Of a DNA stretch of 61,429 nucleotides, positions 1 through 12,069 are shown one piece after another. Each line of letters begins with the position of its first letter. Position 1 is the stretch's first letter. The notes under the pieces were generated by a model, which was given only the letters and a program-made list of their open reading frames with translations, ran no database searches and was not told the DNA's origin. Both the position numbers and the translations under genes were made by a program. The stretch comes from Octopus bimaculoides (lineage: Eukaryota). The stretch covers positions 46,926,790 through 46,988,218 of the forward strand of contig NC_068988.1 of assembly GCF_001194135.2 (NCBI RefSeq), written 5' to 3'.

Positions 1-17
1 ATATATATATATATATA

Positions 18-541
18 CAGGGTGTCCCAAAAAGATGTACTCAATTTTTGACTTCCCAGTACTCGTGCATTTTGTGTTCAAGTAGATTTTTATTGATATA
101 CATACAATGCTAAAAGTTTAAATTAAATTCAGGAAAATAAATTGTTGTAGAAACGATTATTTTTTGTCATTTACAATTATTTTATGTTCTCTCTCATTCC
201 TTCGTGTTCGCAAATGTTCAAACTGCCTTCCTTCATTTTCCAAACAAAGCTGCTTACGTCCAACAATGGATTCAACAACATTGCCAAACATTTCATTTGG
301 AATTGTAAAACATTGTATTCGAATTTCATTTTTCAAATCATCAATTTTCACTGGTTTTGCAGTGTAAACCTCATCTTTGAGATGTCCTCATAAAAAAAAA
401 AAAAAAATCCATTGGCGTGAGGTCCGGGGAACGTGCAAGAAATTCAACACTACCTCTCCTCCCATTCCATTTGTTTGGATTTGTTGCATCGAGGTAAGCC
501 CGTACATCACAAAAAGCAATACATTAGTAATCGTCTGTCAA
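18..541 (-). mobile_element. Tc1/mariner DNA transposon relic (rosa/DD41D-like): transposase C-terminus and one terminal repeat
   Basis: The minus strand reads DVRAYLDATNPNKWNGRGGSVEFLARSPDLTPMDFF, then after a lesion KIDDLKNEIR...RKQLCLENEGRQFEHL. This matches the WPxRSPDLTPxDFFLWG mariner-like C-terminus. The end TA|CAGGGTGTCCCAAAA starts at 18. The element is cut by a gap at 542. Confidence 0.8.
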
Positions 542-588
542 NNNNNNNNNNNNNNNNNNNNNNNNNNNNNNNNNNNNNNNNNNNNNNN

Positions 589-626
<38 letters not shown>

Positions 627-630
627 TTAT

Positions 631-747
631 GTGACCTAGGGGTTAGGGTATTCAGCTCGTGATCGCAAGGGTGTGTGTTCAATTCCTGGTGACACATTGT
701 GTCCTTGAGCAAGACACTTATCTCATGTTGCTCCAGTCCACTCAACT
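631..747 (+). mobile_element. 5' part of a tRNA-derived SINE (same family as 45207-45465)
   Basis: Degenerate A/B-box head, followed by gtccttgagcaagacactt...gttgctccagtccactca, which is shared with the reverse complement of 45207-45465. Confidence 0.7.
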
Positions 748-1406
748 TATTATATTTAGGTATGTGTGTGTGTGTGTGTATAGACACACACACACACACA
801 CACACACATTCAAATATGCAGATGTATGCATGAATTGTTATAATATTGTTAGAGCAGATTTGAAATATCAAAGTTTTAAAGTTGTATTTTGTTTAGCTAT
901 TTAAAGATGATTAGTTTCTTATCAATAAGATTAAAAGTTTTTGATCTATTAAACACATCTTTAGAGATAAAACAATTTTTTTTTCTTTTCTGTTTTCTTT
1001 CTTTTTTCTTTTTTTTTTTGAATAAACATGACATTTTGTTTGGTTTGATCAACAAGTGCCATAAGTCATTTTTAAAAATTTTTGATGTGAACATAATACC
1101 AGGTTTGAACTAAAAACGGTTCCAACTTGAAAGATTTCTAAAATATAAAGAAACCAATCCTAGTGCAATGCATACATCCATAAATCAGATACCTAATTAT
1201 GATTGCAGATGAAATAAACTGCTGTCTAGTACAAATGTTGATACTGATAAATACAGCTACTCAAAAGGTGGAGATTATCAACAACAAAAAATTTGATAAT
1301 CTTGTATTTAATGCTCATATATTAAGTAAAATTATATCTGATAGCTATACCTTGTGCTTTCATTTCTGCATATTACTGTAGTTATTATTAGCAATGACAT
1401 AAAACA

Positions 1407-1628
1407 GCAAGCTGACAGGATTGTTAGCTTGGCAGGGAAAATGCTTAGAAGCATTTCATTCATCTTGAGGTTCTGAGTTCAAATTCTTCCAACATTGACT
1501 TTGTCTTTCACCCTTTCTGGGGTCAATAAAATAAGTACCAGTTGAGTAATAGGGTGGGGGTCAATGTAATTGACTTAACCCCTCCCCAAATCTGCTGGCC
1601 TTGTGCCAAAATTTGAAACCATTATTAG
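1407..1628 (+). mobile_element. tRNA-derived SINE, Meta-domain-like family
   Basis: Core gttctgagttcaaatt...gactttg(c/t)ctttca(t/c)cc tttc(t)ggggtcaataaa(a/t)taagta(c/g)ccagtt recurs in many copies in the window. Confidence 0.75.
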
Positions 1629-1749
1629 CAATGCTACAAATAGAAATTATGATAATTATTTCTATGATATGAACAAAGTTAGATATTTTGGGGAATCCCT
1701 TAAAGGAAATCCCTTGAAGGCAGTGCTCCAGTAGTGCCACAATACTTTT

Positions 1750-1908
1750 CCATTGAGGTATTTCATCTCTTTTTATGTTCTGTGTTCAAATTCCACTAAG
1801 ATCGACTTTGCCTTTCATCCTTTCTGGGTCAATAAATTAAGTGCCAGTTGTGTACTGGAGTCAATCTAATCGACTGGCCCTCACCCCCAAAATTTCAGGC
1901 CTTTTGCG
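1750..1908 (+). mobile_element. Second Meta-domain-like SINE copy
   Basis: Same core as 1407-1628. Confidence 0.75.
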
Positions 1909-2394
1909 ATTTAAGTTTTTCCTTTGCTGCAGTATAGAAGCTGGTCATTAACAATGATTAGAGTCTTTGGTTTCAATCTAAACAATTCTTAGTATTAGTG
2001 AATACAGGAATGAGTCAGTATCTGCTTATATATGTCGGTGTTTATGTGGATAAACTTGCTCACAATTAATGGATGTGCATGCCACTCTAGTGTACAAGTA
2101 TGTGTATTTCATTGCTGTTTTACATATATATGTATTAACAGAGAAGTGGATAGATAAAGTAACTGAAATAGACAGAGTATGTGAAATAATTAATTATAGA
2201 CCAGCGATAAGCAACAGGAGAGCAACAGTAATCTCTGCATATTCACTAAAATCAGACCAACAGAAAAATAAAGGATCCTTTTTATGGCACCTTCTTGCTG
2301 ACTATTCATTCATAAATGATAATGCTTTCATTATCACAATTAATGATTTAATTGTCACATTGATTATGAAGAGGCAAATCGGGGTTCAAAGTTC

Positions 2395-2570
2395 TTGAAA
2401 CACAAACTAGATTGACTTCATATTCACCAGGAAATTAATTAAACACCTGGCAAGGAATGAATCACTTTTTGTAAACTAGTGATCAGAAGTTTCAGGGTAA
2501 GTGCTAGGTGGATTTAGTAACACATAATCTGAAAAAGAAAGATTTGAGAGTTGATGGATCCTTTACCTAC
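2395..2570 (+). mobile_element. Old APE-type LINE relic (endonuclease C-terminus), probably continuing at 3183-3600
   Basis: Reads IDFIFTRK, SDQK (SDH-like) and RKI*ELMDP, resembling the end of the APE domain in RTE-like LINEs. Highly degenerate. Confidence 0.35.
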
Positions 2571-3182
2571 AAGTGAGTTTGTCTATCTTGGAAGCAAGAT
2601 CAGCAAATCAGGTGGATCAGACAAGGACATCATTGCATGAAGCAAGAAGGATTGGCAAGCCTTTGCTATTCTTCGACCGGTATGGAAGTCCACTGCCTTC
2701 TCAGCTCAAACTAAACTCTGCTTATTTAGTTCAAATGTAAAATCTGTGCTTTTGTATGGCTCTGAAACATAGAGAGCCACCTGCAGCAACTACAAGAAGA
2801 TCCAGACCTTCATCAACAAATGTCTCCGGCAGACCCCCCCATCTGAAGTGGTTCGACAGAGTGCCAAACACCGACCTGTGGGAAAGGGCCGACCAGGAGC
2901 CCATACATATTCAGATTAGATGAAAGAAATGGAAATGCGTCGGACACACATTGCGGAAAAAAGCTTCAAATGTGACATGACAAGCACTTGACTGGAACCC
3001 GCAGGGGAAAAGGAAGTGAGGACGCCTGAAGCAGACATGGAAGCGGAGTATTTTAGAAAAAGCTCAGGACCACTGGTCTGACATGGGAAGCAGCTAAGAA
3101 ACATGCCAATGACTGCAAAAAGTGGAAAATAACTGTTGAGGCCCTATGCTCCACAAGGGGTAAAAAGGATTAAGAAGAAGAC
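2570..3182 (+). mobile_element. 5'-truncated RTE-clade LINE (post-RT C-terminus, GAA tail)
   Basis: EFVYLGSKIS...KSVLLYGSET*R...FINKCLR...VGHTLRK...ALDWNPQGKRK*GR...ALCSTRGKKD*, followed by gaagaag. Contains stops and frameshifts. Confidence 0.9.
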
Positions 3183-4033
3183 TGTTCAAAGAAGCACTAG
3201 GGGGTGAATATGCTGAGAAGGTTTCGAGAATATAAATTATGCCTATAGTATAAGCAGTAAGTGGAAATTCCCATCAAGCAAACCGCTGTGATCTGTGGAT
3301 CAAATTTATGAACGGAGTAAGCTTTCAGAAAACCGAAGGTGATAGACATGTTGATTCACAATGTATATAAAGTCTTAAATGCTATGAGACAAATGTGGAA
3401 AGAATGGAAGAATGTGAAGCAGCAGGAAACATCAGGTCACTTGTAAAAAAGCTGACCATCACATACATTTAAAAATGAGAAATGCAGAATCCAGGAAGTT
3501 GACCAATGTTCTGTAAGTTGATGATCAAAAACATGAGGTGTTCCAGATTTCAGAGCAAGATGCTAGCTTGCAGGACATTATAATCTGCCACTAAAATATT
3601 AATAGATAAATTTGTTCAAAGTTGACATTTGCACCACAAACTGTTACACAGAGCACAGTGCTTATACAATATTCAAGTTTACAATCAATACTGCTTGATT
3701 TCAAACATCAAATGTGTTCAGCAAAGAAAATCGAATGCATCAATTTATAATTATTGAATGAATGTTTGTGCACCGGAAAACTGTTTTTAATGTTATTTGA
3801 TGTGGACCCTATACAATATTTGTTATTTTTATGGACAAGGACTTTACATCTATAAACTAAAGTTGTATCAGTCAATTTCCATTAAGAGGACATTCTTTAG
3901 CTGCTCTAATATTACATGTATATGCATCCATATCTCTGTAGACAGAATACTTATATATTATCCCAATGAATGTGTGTGTATGTATGAATTTAAGTATGCA
4001 TGTATATCTATATGTGTGACTGTGTGCATGCAT

Positions 4034-4066
<33 letters not shown>

Positions 4067-4758
4067 NNNNNNNNNNNNNNNNNNNNNNNNNNNNNNNNNN
4101 NNNNNNNNNNNNNNNNNNNNNNNNNNNNNNNNNNNNNNNNNNNATATATATTTATTTATATATTTATTTATTTATATATATATATATATATAGATACATA
4201 TATACATATATACATATACATATATATACATATATGTATACACACAGATATTTATATGGACTTATTTCTTTGTATGTCTATCTATCTTTCTTTCTGTTTA
4301 TGTGTGTGTATCTGAGTGTATGTAGGTATCTAATTTTTTTCTATTTGTTGAAATTTTTATTTTATAAATTGCTTTTAACTTTGATAGTTTTATGACCATT
4401 TATACCGTCATCTGTTTTTGCTCTCAGGACTTTGATAAATTAACCGGAGAATCTATTTAATCTCTCTCTATATTTTCTATAGCAACTGTTTATCTTATCC
4501 TTTAACCTGGTACTAGACTTGATGTCAACATGTTATCTACTGCATCTGTCTTTACAACTTTTAAACATCTATAAGTACCTACCATAGCTCTTCATTTCTT
4601 ATAATGCTTTTGAAAAAGTAACTTGTGTGTAAAAGTTGTGTAAAACTGAATCTATACAATAATTACTTGTCACTTAAAAAACATGAAACATGTTTAAGGA
4701 TGTGATAGTTAAATCAATCCACACATTATTCTCTTAACATACATACATACTTACATAC

Positions 4759-4813
<55 letters not shown>

Positions 4814-5384
4814 TGTGTGTGTGCATTTGTGTGTATAGTTCAAAAAGGGATAAATAACCCTCAGTTAAACGTCCATTGATGCTATATCACCTGAAGAAAT
4901 GTGTCCATGAAGATGATCTATCCAATGCCTATGGATTCTATGGATTACACTGTAATCATCCTAGGAATACGGACTATGATTTTAAAAGACATGCGATTTG
5001 TGGAAATACACATTGCAGTGCATTAAAATATGTATAAATCCCATCCAAAGATTGTTGTTATCATTATTATATAAATATATGTATATATATATGTATATAT
5101 ATATANNNNNNNNNNNNNNNNNNNNNNNNNNNNNNNNNNNNNNNNNNNNNNNNNNNNNNNNNNNNNNNNNNNNNNNNNACACACACACACACACAGTGGA
5201 GTAATTAGAGTACCAAGCAGATTGCCTCAGGATTTTTGTAATGACTTCCTATGCTTTAAGCATTTCTTTCATCCTTTCCAGATTCATAAGTAAAGTACCA
5301 GTTCAAAACAACAAAAATTCAAAGACAAAATCAAATTAGTACAAACAGGAGCAAAAAAATACATGTAAATTCCACTAAAAGAAT

Positions 5385-5802
5385 GATGTGCAAAACGCTC
5401 AGAGCAGTTGTCCTTAAACCAGAAACAGAATGGTTTGTTATTGCTGCACAAGACAAAGTACTACAAACATAGAATAAAAAAAAAAAATGGCACCTACCCC
5501 TGCAGTGCATGATATGTCGCAAGTTCAAAGAAACCACCTTGACTCTGGCTGCCCAGAGACAACATCACAACAAAGCAGGAGCATACATCCACTGGAAGGT
5601 ATGTAAAGAATACAACATGAAAACCGTTGAGGAATGGTTTGAACATCAACCAAGAAACAGTCATAGAAAATAAGAACATCACCATAGTATGGGATACACC
5701 TATTCATACAAATCAGAAAATGACAGCAAACTGGCTGTCATCATTTTCAAGGAAAAGGAGGGAAAGAAATGCAAAACCATTGGAGAGAAACATATCTACA
5801 AA
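5385..5802 (+). mobile_element. R4/Dong-clade non-LTR retrotransposon relic, 5' piece (zinc knuckle to RLE start)
   Basis: LKPETEWFVIAAQD, a CxxC knuckle remnant, HNKAGAYIHW, ENKNITIVWDTPIHT and ERNISTK. Confidence 0.8.
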
Positions 5803-6203
5803 GACTGGAATAGGATACAAAGAGGTTGTGACAAAGCAAACAGGGAGAACACGTGGTACAAGACCGACAAATATCAAGGAGTGATGTTTTTAGAGGCCAC
5901 AGCCCATGGTGAACTTGACCGTAGATTTAGGAAAGCTCTGAAGGTGGCTAAACTTAACATTAAGATCATTGAGAAGCCAGGGGACTCCATCAGATCACAA
6001 CTATGTATGATGTACTCCTTTGAGAATACCACATGCACTAATGATAACTGCATGATATGTAAGATTAGCCCAGGCATTAACTGTAGAACTAGGAATGTAG
6101 TCTACAGCATAAGGTGCATAGAGAGTGCTTGTAAAGAAAAGAACATAATATACATAGGTGAGACATCTAGAAGTATTGCAGAGAGACTAAATGAACATGA
6201 ATG
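5803..6203 (+). mobile_element. Penelope-like element (Neptune-like) fragment: Cys-rich linker and GIY-YIG endonuclease N-terminal half
   Basis: WYKTDKYQGVMFLEAT...IKIIEKPG...CTNDNCMIC...NCRTRNVVYSIRCIESAC...YIGETSRSIAERLNEH, ending at a (CA/TG) microsatellite. Confidence 0.85.
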
Positions 6204-6548
6204 CACTCACACATGCATGCACACACACATGCATACATGCACACACATGCATACACACATACATACATATGTATGTGTATATGCAAGCACACTGATGTAC
6301 ATGCATATGCACAAGCAAACAAAAAAGAAAGAACACAGTTCCGATAATAGACAGAATCAACTACTATTGAAAAGGTTGCAAGATGCAATGAAAATTTTAG
6401 TAAAAATAAATAAGGGAGAGGAAAACAGACCAGTGAGTGTGTTAAATTAATAAGGCATTAAAGAGAATGACTCTCTCCAGAGACAATAAAACATGCTTCA
6501 ACAAGCGAATTCACAGAAAGAATCTTGCAAACCAAATACAAAAGCGAA

Positions 6549-6720
6549 ATATCTACAAAAGTTATGCAAATATCATGAAAGTACAAAGATTTAGTGACAG
6601 AAATAACTAGATGTTGGCAAAGCATATCATTATCAATGCGGTGGGGCTTGTGAGAAGAAAGGACTGAACAAATGGAATGATAAACTGCCAGGTAACATCA
6701 TCACCACCCACGAACTGCTA
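6549..6720 (+). mobile_element. R4/Dong relic, 3' piece (RLE C-terminus)
   Basis: ISTKV...KYKDLVTEITRCW...IINAVGLV...KLPGNI with frameshifts. It continues the 5385-5802 piece. Confidence 0.6.
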
Positions 6721-6899
6721 AACACTATCTCTCCATCCACACTATCTCTCCAATTGTCTTTCCACCTGTTGGGGCTATTTACTTTTGCTAGTTAGTTAGA
6801 GGTGCAATGAGAAAAGTAACTTATGCTGCCTGTAAAGTGGTTGCTGAACGAACAAGAAACAAGGACATGATGTGATGATTCTTCAGTCTTAGCATGGGT

Positions 6900-7073
6900 A
6901 AGGAAATCTCTAAAATGCTCATTCTATGAAGACCTACACCCGGCACTTTCTGTAAAGTGTTGGCCATTAGAAGCTATATCGATACTAAGACATAGTTGCA
7001 CATGCAGATCTAAAACTATAAGACCCTATCAGACTGTCCAAACCATGCATTGGTTCGAAAGTGATGATGATGG
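6900..7073 (+). mobile_element. Degenerate 3' end of a GAT-tailed SINE/RTE-related repeat
   Basis: gtccaaaccatgcatt...gatgatgatg resembles the tail at 40440-40500. Confidence 0.4.
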
Positions 7074-7684
7074 TGTGTGTGTGTGTGTGTGTTCATGCAC
7101 TTTGGGCAATATTTTTCAAATTACTCAGTAATGGAGGAAGAGGCCTTTTATGGTCTGGGTGCAAGGCTCTTTCATTGGAATTTAAACAACGTCAACAGAG
7201 TAATCATGTACATCTGTTTAACTATTGCTTCATGATTTTTAAATTATAAGTATTTCATCCACGATCTCATACATACATACAAGCACACATACATAGACAT
7301 ACACATAAATGTATAAGTATGTATATATCTACACACACATACACACACACAAACATATGCACATATATCACACATAGATGTATAAAACTTGAGTAGTCTG
7401 TGAGAAAATTTCTAAAATCTTTGATTGCTTTGATCATCTTATCATAGAGAAAACAAAAATATTTCTTCACTTTCTTCCCTAGTAGTTGTAACCAGTGCCA
7501 AGAATCTTGTATTTTGCTTTTTATACTGCTAGCCAAAAGACTGTTTATGAAGTTCACCTCTGTGATACAGAAATATACTTTGGAATATTTTCTTATTTTC
7601 TTTTATTTCATCCCTTTTCAGGAATATTTTAGATGTCGTTTGTTTCTTAAAAATTTGTTTCTTTCTTCATTTGTTCCTGTGTAT

Positions 7685-7717
<33 letters not shown>

Positions 7718-7786
7718 CATGTGTGTAGGCATATGCATATATATATATATATAGATTGATATACATATATATATTCATATATATAT

Positions 7787-7827
<41 letters not shown>

Positions 7828-8640
7828 NNNNNNNNNNNNNNNNNNNNNNNNNNNNNNNNNNNNNNNNNNNNNNNNNNNNNNNNNNNNNNNNNNNNNNNNN
7901 NNNNNNNNNNNNNNNNNNNNNNNNNNNNNNNNNNNNNNNNNNNNNNNNNNNNNNNNNNNNNNNNNNNNNNNNNNNNNNNNNNNNNNNNNNNNNNNNNNNN
8001 NNNNNNNNNNNNNNNNNNNNNNNNNNNNNNNNNNNNNNNNNNNNNNNNNNNNNNNNNNNNNNNNNNNNNNNNNNNNNNNNNNNNNNNNNNNNNNNNNNNN
8101 NNNNNNNNNNNNNNNNNNNNNNNNNNNNNNNNNNNNNNNNNNNNNNNNNNNNNNNNNNNNNNNNNNNNNNNNNTACATATTTCTATGCTTATGGAAAGGA
8201 AAATGTTTTCGAAATTAAAGGTAAAAGAAGCAAAACAAACTAAAGAAAAAAAAAAAGGAGAATTTTTTGAGAAATTGAAAAATAATATGTGAAACCCAAA
8301 GTGTGCAGTCCAACTATTTGAACTATATCCACCATGACCACCACTACAGTGAATTTCCAAAACAACAACAACGACCCTACCATCTGGTAACCTTTCCTGT
8401 ACTGCAGAGACAATATCTTCTTAAGAATCAACAATACCAAAAGTACCAAAAAAAAACCCACCATCATTATCATCATCCTAGCATCTCCATCTTATTGCAA
8501 CAACTATTGTGAACACCTTATCGTGACCACCATACCACCACCACCACGACAAACTCCCTCCTCCTCAGCAAGGCTGCCTCCACCATTTCAATCACATCAG
8601 TCAACCCTCGTTCGCTCACATCACTACCACAATGTTTGTT

Positions 8641-9002
8641 TGTTGGCATGCCGTCGCTTACGACGTCGAGGGTTCTAGTTGATCCGAACAACGGAACAGT
8701 CTGCTCGTGAAATTAACGTGCAAGTGGCTGAGCACTCCACAGAGACGTGTACCCTTAACGTAGTTCTCGGGGATATTCAGCATGACACAGTGTGACAAGG
8801 CTGACCCTTTGAATTACAGGCACAACAGAAACAGGAAGTAAGAGTGAGAGAAAGTTGTGGTGGAAGAGTACAGCAGGGTTCACCACCATCCCCTGCCGGA
8901 GCCCCGTGGAGCTTTAGGTGTTTTCGCTCAATAAACACTCACAACGCCCGGTCTGGGAATCGAAACCGCAATTCTATGACCGCGAGTCTGCTACCCTAAC
9001 CA
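8641..9002 (-). mobile_element. tRNA-derived SINE, family of 30190-30547 and 47370-47757
   Basis: About 360 bp, near-identical to the other two copies; the head runs into the gap. Confidence 0.95.
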
Positions 9003-9553
9003 NNNNNNNNNNNNNNNNNNNNNNNNNNNNNNNNNNNNNNNNNNNNNNNNNNNNNNNNNNNNNNNNNNNNNNNNNNNNNNNNNNNNNNNNNNNNNNNNNN
9101 NNNNNNNNNNNNNNNNNNNNNNNNNNNNNNNNNNNNNNNNNNNNNNNNNNNNNNNNNNNNNNNNNNNNNNNNNNNNNNNNNNNNNNNNNNNNNNNNNNNN
9201 NNNNNNNNNNNNNNNNNNNNNNNNNNNNNNNNNNNNNNNNNNNNNNNNNNNNNNNNNNNNNNNNNNNNNNNNNNNNNNNNNNNNNNNNNNNNNNNNNNNN
9301 NNNNNNNNNNNNNNNNNNNNNNNNNNNNNNNNNNNNNNNNNNNNNNNNNNNNNNNNNNNNNNNNNNNNNNNNNNNNNNNNNNNNNNNNNNNNNNNNNNNN
9401 NNNNNNNNNNNNNNNNNNNNNNNNNNNNNNNNNNNNNNNNNNNNNNNNNNNNNNNNNNNNNNNNNNNNNNNNNNNNNNNNNNNNNNNNNNNNNNNNNNNN
9501 NNNNNNNNNNNNNNNNNNNNNNNNNNNNNNNNNNNNNNNNNNNNNNNNNNNNN

Positions 9554-11184
9554 CCACAGCCGCCACCTCAGCCGCCGACTCAGCCGCCACCTCAGCCAGC
9601 ACCACCACCACCACCACCACCACCACCAAAACAAACTTTACCAACACTTTCCTCCCATCCACAGTACAGTTTTTACCAATATCACAAACTACCAGAAATC
9701 CCACAACCACCGCCATCATAACTAACCCCAACACCACAAGATAAACATTGCAGTATCCGTCATTGCTAACACCACCAACGTTAGTAATGACAAACCTACC
9801 AACAGCATCACAACTACCATCAACAGCAAATCACAACTGCCATTAAATCACCACCAACAACAACACCAGTGAGGCAGCATCCATCATCACCAACAGTGGA
9901 ACTGCCACCAACCTCACAACCACCACCAAATCATCACTACTAACAGCAACACTACAACCACCACCAATACTACAAGCATCACAGCTACTACCAAAACCGC
10001 AACCAACATCAATACAATGACCCCTACCAAAACCACAAGCATCACTAATGTCACAACTACCACCAACACCACAGCCATCACCAACACTACCACCATCACA
10101 AACAATGCAACTACCATCAGCACTACAACCACCACCAACACTACAACCACCACCAACACTACAACCACCACCAACACTACAACCACTACAAACAATACAA
10201 CCACCATCAGGACTACAACTTCCACCAACACTACAACCACCACCAACACTACAACTACCACCAACACTACAACTACCACCAACACTACAACCACCACCAA
10301 CACTACAACCACCACCAACACTACAACCACCACCAACACTACAACTACCACCAACACTACAACCANNNNNNNNNNNNNNNNNNNNNNNNNNNNNNNNNNN
10401 NNNNNNNNNNNNNNNNNNNNNNNNNNNNNNNNNNNNNNNNNNNNNNNNNNNNNNNNNNNNNNNNNNNNNNNNNNNNNNNNNNNNNNNNNNNNNNNNNNNN
10501 NNNNNNNNNNNNNNNNNNNNNNNNNNNNNNNNNNNNNNNNNNNNNNNNNNNNNNNNNNNNNNNNNNNNNNNNNNNNNNNNNNNNNNNNNNNNNNNNNNNN
10601 NNNNNNNNNNNNNNNNNNNNNNNNNNNNNNNNNNNNNNNNNNNNNNNNNNNNNNNNNNNNNNNNNNNNNNNCAGGACTACAACCACCACCAACACTACAA
10701 CTACCACCAACACTACAACCATCACCAACACTACAACCACCACCAATACTACAACCACCACCAACACTACAACTACCACCAACACTACAACCACTACAAC
10801 CACTACCAACACTACAACCACTACAACCAGCACCAATACCACAGCCACAACCAACACTACAACCACTGCAAGAATGACAGCCATCACCAGCACCAAGCAT
10901 CACAATTACCACCAACACCACAACCACAACAACCACCAAAACACCGCAACCACTACCTACACTACATCCACAATAAACGTCACAGCTACCATTAACATTA
11001 CTATCACCTTCACATCACTGACATGAAACACATCAATCATTACCGTGTATACTACCACCTCCATGACCAACCGCATCACATCTCCACCACTGCCATCAAC
11101 GCCACCATAAGTACTGTTTAGAATCACTGGCACCACCACCTCCATCACTGATATAGAACCATCGCTTACACCACTACTACATAT

Positions 11185-11219
<35 letters not shown>

Positions 11220-11450
11220 TGGCAAACGACACAATTACCACTTTGCCACTGCCTGTACCATCCTACCACCACCATCACCACCACCAGCGCCACCAAAACC
11301 AGCACTACCGACATCAACACCAACAATAACACCACCACCACCGCCACTACAATAACAACAACAAGGACACAATTACCACTTCACCACCACTACCACCAGT
11401 AACACCAGCAGCAGCAGCACCACCTCCGCTGGCACCATCACTGCCTCCAT
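9554..11450. repeat. (ACC/ACA/ACT)n low-complexity block (also 8320-8640)
   Basis: Continuous A/C-rich trinucleotide-like sequence, interrupted by a gap. Confidence 0.95.
10125..10820. repeat. 18-bp minisatellite ACCACCAACACTACAACC
   Basis: Tandem units on both sides of the gap; translates as (TTNTTT)n or (QPPPTL)n. Confidence 0.9.
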
Positions 11451-11659
11451 GCACCTATTAACTGAAGCGGTCTAATGAAGTTAGTTTATAGTTATTTATT
11501 GAAATGTCTGCGTTGTTGTCTTGCCAGAGAATTATGTTTTAGCAGCAAATTAGGAACACCTGAAAACGGTGTGGTTTTGACAGTAATGACACTTTTATGG
11601 TCTTTAATAACTACATGCTACTATGGCCGTGCAGTTTGATTTAATCATAATTATAACAG

Positions 11660-11688
11660 TAGCAGCAGCAGCAGAGGCAGTAGCAGTG

Positions 11689-11722
<34 letters not shown>

Positions 11723-11742
11723 CGGTGGTAGTGGAGGTGGTG

Positions 11743-11783
<41 letters not shown>

Positions 11784-11843
11784 TGTTGCTTTTCTTGTTT
11801 TATNNNNNNNNNNNNNNNNNCAGCAGCAGAGGCAGTAGCAGTG

Positions 11844-11877
<34 letters not shown>

Positions 11878-11897
11878 CGGTGGTAGTGGAGGTGGTG

Positions 11898-11938
<41 letters not shown>

Positions 11939-11990
11939 TGTTGCTTTTCTTGTTTTATTTTCTGTTGTTGCAGTTGTCGTTGTTGTTTCA
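11660..11990. repeat. (GTA)n/(GGT)n repeat with a 138-bp block duplicated across a gap
   Basis: 11666-11803 is identical to 11821-11958, separated by 17 N. Confidence 0.9.
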
Positions 11991-12069
11991 GAAGAGAAAA
12001 AGATTTGAGAAAGTGACGCACAAATAAGAGAAATGGAATTTATTTTCAAGAACAAGAAATACGTGCATG

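Noticed and set aside
637-650. GGTTAGGG as telomeric sequence
   Set aside because: It is the normal A-box-adjacent sequence of the SINE head, present in all copies.
2281-2352. Hox/Pbx-like words TTTATGG and TGATTTAAT, shared with 11594-11645
   Set aside because: A rough estimate at about two-thirds AT predicts a few chance copies of such a 9-mer per window; not evidence without conservation data.
5689-6450. 253-aa ORF as a functional host gene
   Set aside because: It is a mosaic of R4, a truncated GIY-YIG lacking its C-terminal catalytic part, and microsatellite; kept only as a chimera observation.
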